Source: Mobula birostris (lineage: Eukaryota). Taken from it: DNA of 64,000 nt. The DNA is taken from contig NC_092390.1 in assembly GCF_030028105.1 (NCBI RefSeq), forward strand, positions 39,972,777 through 40,036,776, in the 5' to 3' direction. Positions within the stretch are counted from its first letter, which is position 1. Each line of letters begins with the position of its first letter. Made by a program: the position numbers and the translations under genes. The notes under the pieces are model-generated. The model was not told the origin of the DNA, searched no databases, and saw only the letters and a list, made by a program, of their open reading frames with translations. Positions 1-10,622 of this stretch are shown in pieces.

Positions 1-484
1 TCCTGGGATGGCAGAACTTTCATATGAAGAAAGACTGGATGAACTAGGCTTGTACTCGTTGGAATTTAGAAGATTGAGGGGGGATCTGATTGAAACGTAT
101 AAAATCCTAAAGGGATTGGACAGGCTAGATGCAGGAAGATCGTTCCCGATGTTGGGGAAGTCCAGAACAAGGGGTCACAGTTTGAGGATAAAGGGAAAGC
201 CTTTTAGGACCGAGATTAGGAAAAACTTCTTCACACAGAGAGTGGTGAATCTGTGGAATTCTCTGCCACAGGAAACAGTTGAGGCCAGTTCATTGGCTAT
301 ATTTAAGAGGGAGTTAGATATGGCCCTTGTGGCTACGGGGATCAGGGGGTATGGAGGGAAGGCTGGGGCGGGGTTCTGAGTTGGATGATCAGCCATGATC
401 ATAATAAATGGCGGTGCAGGCTCGAAGGGCCGAATAGCCTACTCCTGCACCTATTTTTCTATGTTTCTATGTTCTATGTTTCTA
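1..484 (+). mobile_element. CR1-clade LINE 3' end (ORF2 C-terminus + 3'UTR + microsatellite tail)
   Basis: ORF 8-379 (LSYEERLDELGLYSLEFRRLRGDLIETYKILKG...RTRGHSLRIKG...NFFTQRVVNLWNSLP) is the CR1 ORF2 C-terminal signature; tail of (TCTATGTT)-like repeats at ~458-484. Confidence 0.93.
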
Positions 485-1253
485 ACTGAAGCCACGTAGC
501 TCCTTTCCCATCGGTTGCCAATGAGCCAATGAACCAAACTTGCAGTATTTTGTATTACCAATGTCCAACAGGGTCATGCAATCACAAAAACAAACATGCT
601 TTGCATCTTTTTTTTGGACCCAGAATGGCTGCTGCAATCTAGCATGCTGCCATCTTACTGGAAAATACACTTACGTTCAGTCAGATGAACCACTAGACTG
701 TGCATATATAACTTACCTGCATGGTTCTAATGGCAGCTCACTGCAGAAGTCTCAGCTGCAGCATCATTGCTATGGCAGCCATGTTTTCCTTGGGGTGGTG
801 AACCACATGTCTGGCCACCTTTTCCCCACCCATGAGTGGCCCATGCTTGCTATGCTGGCAAGATCACAGGATGTATTTGTCAGTGAATTATGTTAAAGGG
901 CTGCTATAAGTAAAGAGATATTCAGCAATGCTGATATAAATATGCTGATGATTGAAAAACTGAGGCTAATGGATGCAGAGCTTAGTACATTTATGGAATA
1001 ATGAAAACCACTCAAGTCATGTTTCCCTGCCGATCTGTTGCAAGGGTTGGCCCTTATTTTCCTGTAAGCTATAACAAGACTGTAAGTCATAACTTAAAGG
1101 TTCTGAATTGTGAGATCAATATCTTGCAGAAAGAATGTGACAGCTTCACATTTTAATGGTCAAGATAATGGAACTGCTATTAGATGCTCTATGAATGTAA
1201 CCATTTGTGAGTAACCAATAGCTTGAGACAATTGGAGCACACCAACCAATGGG

Positions 1254-1255
<2 letters not shown>

Positions 1256-1290
<35 letters not shown>
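1256..1290. repeat. (CA)n microsatellite
   Basis: Uninterrupted AC repeat seen directly. Confidence 0.98.
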
Positions 1291-1292
<2 letters not shown>

Positions 1293-4200
1293 GACTAAGG
1301 ACAAAATATGAATGAGATAGCTGTTATCACAACCTGCAAGAAGATGAATGTCAAGGTAGTTTATGGTAATATATATGTACTTTGATAATAAATTTTACTT
1401 CGAAATTTGAACTTTGAAGAGAATTAGAAAATGTGAGTGCTCCTTTAACAACTATGCATACTGTTGGGGTGTAACTATTCATTCATTCCCACATCAGTCA
1501 TTTCTATGAAATCGCTATTAAGTAGCTTCAGCAGAGAATGTTTTGTTGGCAGCTCCAATCTTGTAAGTTTTCTTAGGGAGTAACACCTCAACAGAGCCTA
1601 CATGAACCCTCAAGGATACTCATATGGGTTACCTGCTCAGCACTCTTTTATGGGTTATGTTTCAATACACAAATGAATTTCTAGGACAGTGCTCTAAAGA
1701 CATGTAATTCATCTTCAAAAGTGCTTTAAAATGCACTCCTTTCATCTACGGTTAAGAAAGCACAAAGAAGGAGATGACAGTTTTTCCTTGATGATTTTTT
1801 TTTAAATTGCAAGTTTAAGTGATTTCAAGCAGCCCAAACAGTTCCAAATGTAACAAATAACTTGGCAGTTTCTATGATATTGCAGGAAAATGATCTGGAA
1901 AGTAGAAATTTCAATTGCATTCTCTTGGGGAAGGGAAGTCTTTCTTTCAAGATTAAGGCTAATACAGCACTGTTGGTTTGGTAAAATTGAATCAAAGTGA
2001 GCTGATACCATGCCACAGTTGATTTGTTGATTTTGAAGGTCAAAACTATTTTTCTACGGAAAAGCAATTTATGGTGCATCCTGTTGGGGAGGTTTGTGAT
2101 CCAGCATTTTGCATATGTTGCCCCACACATTTGAAACTAAAATTTATTCTATGACAATCTTTTTATTGTAGTATGATAACTATGGTTTGTTTTGACTGAG
2201 GCTTTCACCATTTTGGTGGTGGTAAAGATAAAATGGGGAAACCCAGCTTAGTTTCAAAAGGTTTGCAATTAACCTCCCTTGCTGTCTACCCCACAGTCAA
2301 GGAAATTTGGTGCATTGAAGGAAGCCTTTCAGCTCAATGGATTTGTTCTGAATACTACAACACTACTCCCATCTCCATCTCTCCGTCTTGTTTGTTTAAC
2401 TTCTTTTCTGTTGAAAGGCTTAGCTCTTTCTTCCTTAGTCATGGCCTTCAGCAGAGCATCGGGGCATTTCACCTAACCTCTCTCCTGCTGTCTAAGTAAT
2501 AATTTTAAACTGAAGATCTCTCATCTCTAATTCCCTAACCAGGGGAAATAATTTCTCTATTTATATTCTCAAGAACCTTCATAATTTTAAAACATTGATT
2601 AAAACAGTTCATAACCTTATTTGCAATGGTAGAAATAATCCCAGTCTTTCAATTTCTCCACATTATACAATTTTCCATCTCTTGCAACTAATTTGTACTT
2701 TTCTATGATGGAACACCCACAATAAGAACAGATCTTTAAGGAGCCCAATATTTGGGATGGAGGTCACACTGAAAAATATTGTTGCTCTTTGAGGATAATA
2801 CAGAGCTTGTGGGCAGCATAATTTCAGTGGAAATTGTTAACTTGGTTTGATACAATGCCATTAAAGTGATTATCTCACATGGTTTGGTATAAGGCATAGT
2901 AAGATATTCAGTTCATGTATAACTACCTATTAATCTTTTGTCCCATTTTCAAGTGGTTTTGCCCAGTTTAGTTGGGCCATATTCTACTACTTATATGAAT
3001 ATTGCTTAATACTCCTCAACCCAGCTTTAGGACTGAAATTGCATCAGCTCTGTGCCATCATTTTGGGTTGCTTAAAAAATCCTCATAGCTTTCCTCTACT
3101 GTTTGCTAATTAATAAGGCACATTCAGAATTGTACTATTTTTCCACCTGTTCATAAATCCTTTGCAAATGGGCTGTATCTTAAGGTAATTTTTAGATATT
3201 CACATTCTATAGCTTCATTAGAATCTTTACAGATACCACAATTCAAATTTCTTACCCCTTCCTCTCCCAAATATAATTAGGTATACATTCCCAGTTCTTT
3301 CTGAATTTAAATCTCCATTTATACCATGCCACTTTAGATCTTAATGCTCCTAACAGCACAGTTTTATCGTGAATAATTTGTGCATTCACATAACCAATTA
3401 AACCTGACGCCAGTGTTTGGTAATCTTATTTGTTTTAAATGCTTCTCGTATGTCCTTTAGCACTTAGAGATATTTTTATTCTTCTGTTACTAAACATGTT
3501 ATGCATTTTTCTTTCCTTTCTACTCCCTTTTGCATTTTGTTCTTTTCGTGAATATACTAGTTAAATAACCTCCGCATGGCATTTGCTGCTCCCTCATGCC
3601 TTTGATGAGGTTCAATATATATGAAGTGCCACAACTCTGCGGAGATTTTGCAGAATATATTCCAAACTTCTTTGTCACTCATTTATATCACATCAAACTA
3701 CTACATATGTACAAGAATGTGATAACGGGAGTAATGCTTAGATCACTGCCCTTTGTTTTTATTGTGACACCCACTTTTCAAGCACTCATTCTTACTCCTT
3801 CCTACATCATTGGTACCAACTTGGCTTCTGATTGTTCCCCATATTTTTCCATTGTATTTTGCACTTATTGCACATTCTGTAATCTATGCCTTACTGTTCA
3901 CTATTTTTATTGGTTTATCTGAATTCAGATTTTCTCTATGTTTCTATTGATTATTTAATACTAATCTTTATTTAATTTCATTCCATGGGACATGAGATGA
4001 GAACTGACTAGTGTAATCATTTTGGGTTTTAATATTTGTGCATCAAGAAATCCGGCCTAAATGTCGTCCGGGTCTTATATAACGGCTGAAGCTAATGCAG
4101 TGTTTCTATGTAAAACTCTTTTGCAGGTGCTGTATATTAAGGCATAATAGTTCCTGTGTGTGGCTGCGTGAATTTAAATTAACACTGAGAAATTTCATAG

Positions 4201-5828
4201 CCAAGAGGTAAATCCAAAGAACTTTGGCCAGTTTTTGTACTTGTCTTTCCTTTGCATACGGATCCAAAATGTAATGTGGACCTTTGGACTTGTTTCAATA
4301 TTTAGCACCAACATCTCTCTGCTTAATAGGCCTTTGAAACACTTGGTACAATACACTACTCTACCTACATACAGTAGGTCCAAATTGTTTGAAAAAATTG
4401 TTCCATGGCAAATAAATCATAAATATTTTGCTTTCAGTAATTGTGAGTGATGGATTTCAATTATATCCTTTTTGATCCTTTAAATTATTCTTATCATTTA
4501 TCAACTTTACCCCTCATGTAACATTTATATCTATAATAACCTAAGATCTGAATTATATTCCCCAGTCCCCATATGAAATATTAACCTTAGTTTGTACTCA
4601 CCGCTCAGATTTTTGGTTCCATATTTGGTAGGAACATCTTGTCTATCAGGCAAGAGTTCTAAATTCCTTATTTTCCCAACAAATCAATTGTCAATTGTTT
4701 TGTAGATCCAAATATTGTTACCTTTATGTTCCTGGCTAATGATCCGTAAGTTTGAGGTATCTTCTTGAAAAGTTATCTCCCCCCACACACCCACCCCTAC
4801 TCACCACCACCAATTTCAGCAAGCTAGAAAACCTATTTTTATCTTGCCAAAAAGGAATAAATGTGCGCTGTTAAAGCAATAAGATATTCTGAACTTGGGC
4901 AATGAATGCATGAATCCATTATATCTCTTCCTAGCACAATCAAGTTTTCTCTTGAAATGTAAAAGAAAGACCATGGATGTGTAGAAGAATTTAGATCCCA
5001 TTTGTCCCATTGTGTCTGCTCCAGTCACAAAGGAGCTACTCAAGCCAATCTCACCTTCCTTCCCTAGGCCTTTAGCCTGACGGGTCAAACATCTTCAACT
5101 ATAAATCAAAACACTTTTTAAATGTGATTCTACTTATTGACTCTATCAACCTTCCAGGCAGTGAACTTCAGATGCCTACCATCCTCAAGGTTAAATGTAT
5201 TCCGTTAACGCTCTCCTAATCCTTCTACCGATAATTTCAAACCTATTTGTCCCTTGAGTATAGTATACACCCTTTATATTTACCTCATTCAGAGCCCTCA
5301 TAAATTTATATAATTCATTTAACCATCTATGTTTCAAAGAAAATAACTCAATTTTATTTAATCATTCCTCATCACTACATCTTTCTAGTATTGGTAACAT
5401 TCTTGCAGCTCTATTCTGCATCACCTCCGGTGAAAAAACAGTCAAATGTAATTGCATCAGTTCAGCACAGGACTTGCAAAGCCTGCTCCACAGTAAGCAA
5501 ATGAACTGATCTGTAAGGGCAATAAGTGTTCTATGTGCCAGCTGTAATCTTGTTTGTAACAATGCTTTGTGTGGATCTTGTCTTCTCTATGGATGGGAAG
5601 TAAGTATCTGGACTCTCTGTGAGCTGAAGTCTTTTATCAGTGCAGTGATATAAATAAAATATGAAACTATTATACTCATTTGCACTTATTTTAGAACACT
5701 TAGCTCAGGATCTCTAAGATGAGTTTTCTGGTTATATTTCTTCCATGGCAACTGGCATCATTCTAAAAACATGTGGTACTATTCTTTAAAATGAGACTGA
5801 ACAAAAAGCAAGTCATGCACTCCTTAAA

Positions 5829-6012
5829 GAAGAAGAAGAATAGCCCTTAACTCGGCAGTGGAGTTATCGGGGCACCGTCATGACGGTGTTTCTGTAGCAG
5901 GCTATTCTTGTTTTTACGAGGCCGAGTTGCTAGCTCGACGCTGAACCCGACTTGGATTCGAACTCGGGAACCTTCGCTCTGGAGTCCGGCGCCGATATTA
6001 TTGCGCCACCAC
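5829..6012 (-). mobile_element. Young tRNA-derived SINE (184 bp) with 12-bp target site duplication
   Basis: TSD GCACTCCTTAAA at 5817-5828 and 6013-6024; minus-strand B box GTTCGAATCC (5963-5954) and A-box-like TGGCGCAAT (6008-6000); (TTC)n tail; about 16 CpGs. Confidence 0.88.
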
Positions 6013-7336
6013 GCACTCCTTAAAAACTAGTTTGAACTGAGCACAAAGATGAGTGGATCTCTACTTTCAGAAATGAGTCCTGTACTGAAGTGCTGCCTTT
6101 GCATCTCTTCAAAAATGACTCCAGCTTGAAGCTGTGGAATGACCTTGAACCTTTCACACCTTATAATGGCCGCTTATTTGGCAAGTAATTGCCAATGAGG
6201 CTTACCTTTCACAATGGATTTGGTCTTACGGGAAGACACTGGATAAATAAGGAAACTATTATTCTCCCTGTCCCTTGCTTGGGAATAAAATCAAACACAG
6301 ACTGCTGGGGGCCACTTGTAAAATGGTCTGCTCAATGCTTCTAAACCAATTTGGATGGATTCATTCTTGCTAACAGTGGCACTTAGTGGTGTTGATTGTA
6401 CTTAACACACCAGAAAGTTCATCGTTTTATTTAATGCCGATTTCCTTCAATTTCACTTTTTCCTCTCTACAAGATAAATGCAAAAAAAACTACCATTTCA
6501 AACTTAACAATTCATTCTCTAGAATTTTAAACTTCCTGTGCAATTATGTAAAATGTCACAAAATTAAACATTATAATTGTACCTAATACAGTCATTATGC
6601 ATAATATTCTTCCTTTTAAACAAATTTTGCTTTGTGCATTAGTTGTCAGCAGGGTCAGAAATAATACATAAAACCCATTAAATTAAAAGCTTCATTCTTT
6701 TCAATTGCACCAGAAAAGTATATCAGTACAAGAGATAACACGGAATAGGTTGAGTGTGATAGATTAGCTACATCGTCTATCATTGACTATTTTTAATACT
6801 GCTATGTTGTGAATTATTTGGGGTGAAGGTTTGAAAAAAAGTGCTAAGTGGCAGCTGTGATAGTAAGACATATTGTACCTATTGCCAAATTTAACTGGCA
6901 AATCATCCAATTCATGGTTCAGTCACTGAATAGAAGCACATTTCAGGAGCATATCACATACTGTCCCCATGCACCAGTTCCTCGGCAGATGTGGAGTGAA
7001 ATGACTGACAGAATATTTCACACCTCAGGCAGTCCTAGTAAAATATTTTACAGTCTTTCCATCTGTGGTTCAGAAGGTGATGTTCTGTTGGCCAGAAGAG
7101 GAGGAACGTCATCCTTTTGAAATGGGTTAGGGGGAGAGGGTCGCAACCTTGGGCACCACAGCATGGATAGAAAGCTTACACCTTTTCACAAATTGTCAAG
7201 GCAATATGTTGACTCACCTCTCAATACTTACACTGTCACCAGCAAAAGAATAAGCACCTATGGACATCTAACCAGTTCTAACATTTCCACACACGTTTTT
7301 CACGCCACTCACATTTCAGATACATCTGATGCCATT

Positions 7337-7430
7337 AGTCCTGATGAAGGGTGTCGGCCTGAAACGTCAACTGCTTACTTTTTCCATAGATGCTGCCTGG
7401 CTTGCTGAGTTCCTCCAGCACTTTAAACAC
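7337..7430 (+). mobile_element. Penelope-like pLTR fragment with minimal hammerhead ribozyme motif
   Basis: AGTC-CTGATGA-AGGGTGTCGGCCT-GAAA-CGTC-AACTG at 7337-7373, followed by the recurrent GATGCTGCCTGGCTTGCTGAGTTCCTCCAGCA segment. Confidence 0.75.
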
Positions 7431-7431
7431 A

Positions 7432-7720
7432 AGAACATAAGAAATAGGAGCAGGAGTAGGCCATCTGGCCTGTTGAGCCTGTTTCGCCATTCAATAAAAT
7501 CATGGCTGATCTGGCCATGGACTCATCTCCATCTACCTGCCTTTTCCCCATAACTCTTAATTCCCCTACTACGCAAAAAATCTATCCAACCTTGCCTTAA
7601 TTAATTTACTGAGGTAGCCTCCACTGCTTCATTGGGCAGAGAATTCCACAGATTCACCGCCCTCTGGAAAAAAGCAGTTCCTCCTCATCTCCATCCTAAA
7701 TCTACTCCCCCGAATCTTGA
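7432..7720 (-). mobile_element. CR1 3' end fragment
   Basis: Similar to the reverse complement of the 1-484 CR1 3' end (GAATTCCACAGATTCACC; GGCCATCTGGCC...CATGGCTGATCT); AAGAACATAAGAAATAGG tail on + strand. Confidence 0.75.
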
Positions 7721-8248
7721 GGCTTTGTGTGTGTTGCTGGATTTTCAGCAACTATAGATTTTCTCATGTCTGATTTGGCACTCTAGCTTCTCACCTACCA
7801 TTACATTAAGAATTTAGTTTATCAGAATCATCAATCTCCTTTTGCAATTTAAACCTGTGAGATCCTCATCCCTACTGCAGACAAGGCAGTACTTCTGACA
7901 GTCAGCAACCCATCTTCCTCCCAGACATGGCTGTCAGGGTCACCTGCTGCAGCTGTGAGTATATGGCAGATACAGCTATTCCTAATCTGTAATCCTTAAA
8001 CCTTTACTTGAGCACATGCTCATTGTGGTCTAACCATAAAGATTCTATTCTCCTTTGGTGAACGCTTTGTAGACCTTCAGTATTCCAGGCTCCCTGGATG
8101 AGACTATACCTCCCTGCCACTCCCCTTTCCATCCTGTTCCCAGAAGGACTTTAGAAAAGGTTGCTACACCCTCGGGTAAGAAAGTAAGAGGAAGATAAAA
8201 GTTGCCCATTGCTGAACTTGAACAAGCATTGACTCAGAGACCGTCATT

Positions 8249-8440
8249 GTCACCAGGTTTGGATATGGCCCAAGTGCAGAGCAAGAGACACTGAGGTGGG
8301 TCGATAGTTCACAGACTTTAATGCAGACAGAGTTAAAGGGAAAAGAAAACAATAAATGCTAGGCCAAACAGGGTCATTAACTAGAATTCTCAAATGGAAA
8401 ACGAAGCCTACGCTGTGATTGAAAGGAATAACTAAATATA
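8249..8440 (-). mobile_element. Possible partial Gypsy-type LTR
   Basis: TGTCAC start followed by GGCCCAAGTGCAG...CTTTAAT on + strand resembles a reversed fish Gypsy LTR end; pattern recall only. Confidence 0.3.
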
Positions 8441-8800
8441 ACATCATCCCCTGACAAGCTCCAAGACCTTGGCCTCAACACCTCCTTGTGTAATTGGATC
8501 CTCAACTTCCTCACTTGCAGACCCCTGTCGGTACTGATTGGCAAGAACATTTTCTCCACAATCTCCATCAGCCTCGGTGCACCACAAGGCTGCGTGCTTA
8601 CCCCCCTGCTCTACTCACTTTACACTTACGACTCTGAGGCTAAGCACGGTTCCAATGCCATATTCAAGTTTGCTGATGACACCACTGTCATAAGCCAAAC
8701 AAAGGTGGAGATGAATCAGCATATAGGAGGGAGACTGAAAATCTGGCTGAGTGGTGCCTTAGCAACAACTTCTTATCTAATACCAAGACCAAGGAGCTGA

Positions 8801-9318
8801 GCCGTTGGTGGACCTCGAACCGCAGTTAAGTTCCCCAACCAGACGTCGTCCTAGTGTCTGAGTCTACTAAGCAAGTGGTGCTGCTGGAGCTGACAGTCCC
8901 ATGGGAAGATCACTTGGAAGAGGCCTTTGAAAGGAAGCTCTCCAAGTACGCAGGACTGGTCAGCAACTGTCAGCAGGTTGAATGGACAGCGAGGTGTCTC
9001 CCAGTGGAGGTTGGTTGTAGGGGATTCGCAGCCCGTTCCTTAGCTAGAGCCTTCAGCAATTTGGGCATCGAGGGAGAGAGGAAGAGGAGAGCCATCTGCA
9101 GTACCACCGATGCGGCAGAGAGGGCCTCAAGATGGCTGTGGCTCAAAAGAGGGGAGCCATGGAGTCATAAGTAGCTATCCATCTGGACACAAGTTGGGGT
9201 CTGATCAGCCCCGGCTGGGTCACCTAGAGGAGGTTGTATGATGTTGAAAGACCCGAAACACCTGATGAATCCAGGAACATCACTGAAGATGTGTCCAGAA
9301 GCATCAGTAGATGTATGT
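8801..9318 (+). mobile_element. HERO-type (RLE) non-LTR retrotransposon 3' fragment
   Basis: PDVVLVSESTKQVVLLELTVPWEDHLEEAFERKLSKY...PVEVGCRGF...AERASRWLWLKR (ORF 8854-9174) is a PD-(D/E)xK restriction-like endonuclease with RKxxKY motif, followed by a ~140-bp 3'UTR. Confidence 0.8.
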
Positions 9319-9416
9319 ACACAGCTTAAGGAGAAGAAAACCAGAGGTCCATAAGCCAGTCCTCATCGGCAGAACAGTGTTGGAGAGGCTTAGCAACTTT
9401 ATATTCTTCGGTGTTA

Positions 9417-9992
9417 AAGACTATTGGAGTAGGATACACAATGCCCTACAAGACATTTTTAAATGTGAAATACCCTTAGAAAGTAAGGCCATATATTTTG
9501 GGTATGTATCTCAAGAATAATTGAAAAGAGATAAATATTTAGTGAATATACTGCTGGTGGTTGGTAAAAAGACTCTTACCAGGAAATGGATATCTCAGGA
9601 GAGACCAACTTTAAACGCATGGATGGAAATTACAATGGACATTTACAAAATGGAGAAGATAACAGCATCTGTTAATCATAAGTTGGAACAATTTGATTCA
9701 TATTGGGAAAAATGGTTTAACTACATAACACCTCATAGGTCTGATTTTATTCTCACAAATCAATGAATATGTTGTTAAAAAAAAAGATCACTCCCTACTT
9801 GTACATAGTTTTCTCCTTTTGTTTGTTCTTTCTTTCCTCTCTTTTCTATAGGTGTATACCTCAGATAAATGTTATGTGGAGATTTGTGGCAAATATGATT
9901 ACATGATATATATGTACAATATCTGAAATACATCTGATGGAAATGTTTGTTTGATGATGAACTTCAATAAAAAATAAATTACAAATTAAAAG
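9417..9992 (+). mobile_element. L1-clade LINE 3' end with A-rich tail and 13-bp TSD
   Basis: ORF2 C-terminus LVNILLVVGKKTLTRKW...EKITASVNHKLEQFDSYWEKW (9521-9766); AATAAA/A-rich tail at 9966-9991; TSD TTCTTCGGTGTTA 9404-9416 vs TTCTTTGGTGTTA 9993-10005. Confidence 0.85.
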
Positions 9993-10137
9993 TTCTTTGG
10001 TGTTATTATTTCGGAGGACCGGTCCTGGGTCCTGCACGTAAGTGCAATTACGAAGAAAGCACGGCAGCACCTCTACTTCTTCAGGAGTTTTCAAGGATTA
10101 GGCATGACATCTAAAACTTCTATAGATGTGTAGTGGA

Positions 10138-10622
10138 TGGTTCTTCGTGGCAGGAAACCTGTGCAGGAGAGTTTTTAAAGTGGAAAATCCATTGCACTGG
10201 AGCAGTTCCACTCTCTCGATCCCAGAAGTCCAGGTCCAGTGGTACGAACCAGAGTCACAAACTGGGGTCCTCATGGATGACCATGAAGCCTTCTGTGCCT
10301 TGTCATAGCTGTCGCTCTCCATGGAGTTTTGCAGTACCAATTTCCTGGCCTTTGGATCTCACTGTAGAGCTCATCCACCCAATCCACCGGAGCTAACTTC
10401 GCATGCTAGAACAGGCATAGCCCTATCTCACTGGGGTATGAGGCCGGCAGATATCCTCACCTGCTTTAGCCTGAAAGTCGAAGCAGTGTACTGAAGTGTG
10501 GTCGCTGTTGCATGAAAACAGCCATTTGGAACCACAGGTGAGAGTTGAGTGTCTGGTGGGGACTAAGGGTGAGTAAGTTGCCCCAGAATGGATGTGACAA
10601 GCCCCTTCACCACAGGTACCCC
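10138..10622 (-). mobile_element. Unassigned 485-bp interspersed insertion (non-coding, structured)
   Basis: Interrupts Rex1 homology; flanked by imperfect direct repeat ATAGATGTGTAGTGGA (10122-10137) / ATAGATATGTAATGGA (10623-10638); strand inferred from the ribozyme-like fold. Confidence 0.6.

Noticed and set aside
1706-1735. HLQKCFKM resembling TdT HFQKCFLI
   Set aside because: Flanking translation (RHVI...HSFHLRLRK) is unrelated to TdT and there are no fitting splice sites; chance match
2441-2476. MAFSRASG resembling TdT AFMRAASVLK
   Set aside because: Similarity stops after 5 residues and hits a stop codon
4706-4745. 40-nt + strand pseudo-exon (TTTTGTAG...CC|GTAAGT)
   Set aside because: Not a multiple of 3 and no similarity to a known protein
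5954-6012. tRNA gene
   Set aside because: No cloverleaf or acceptor stem; has a tail and TSD, so it is a SINE head
9252-9295. GAAA...CTGATGA / CTGAAGA in the HERO 3'UTR as a hammerhead
   Set aside because: Motif order and spacing do not allow helix III plus an NUH site
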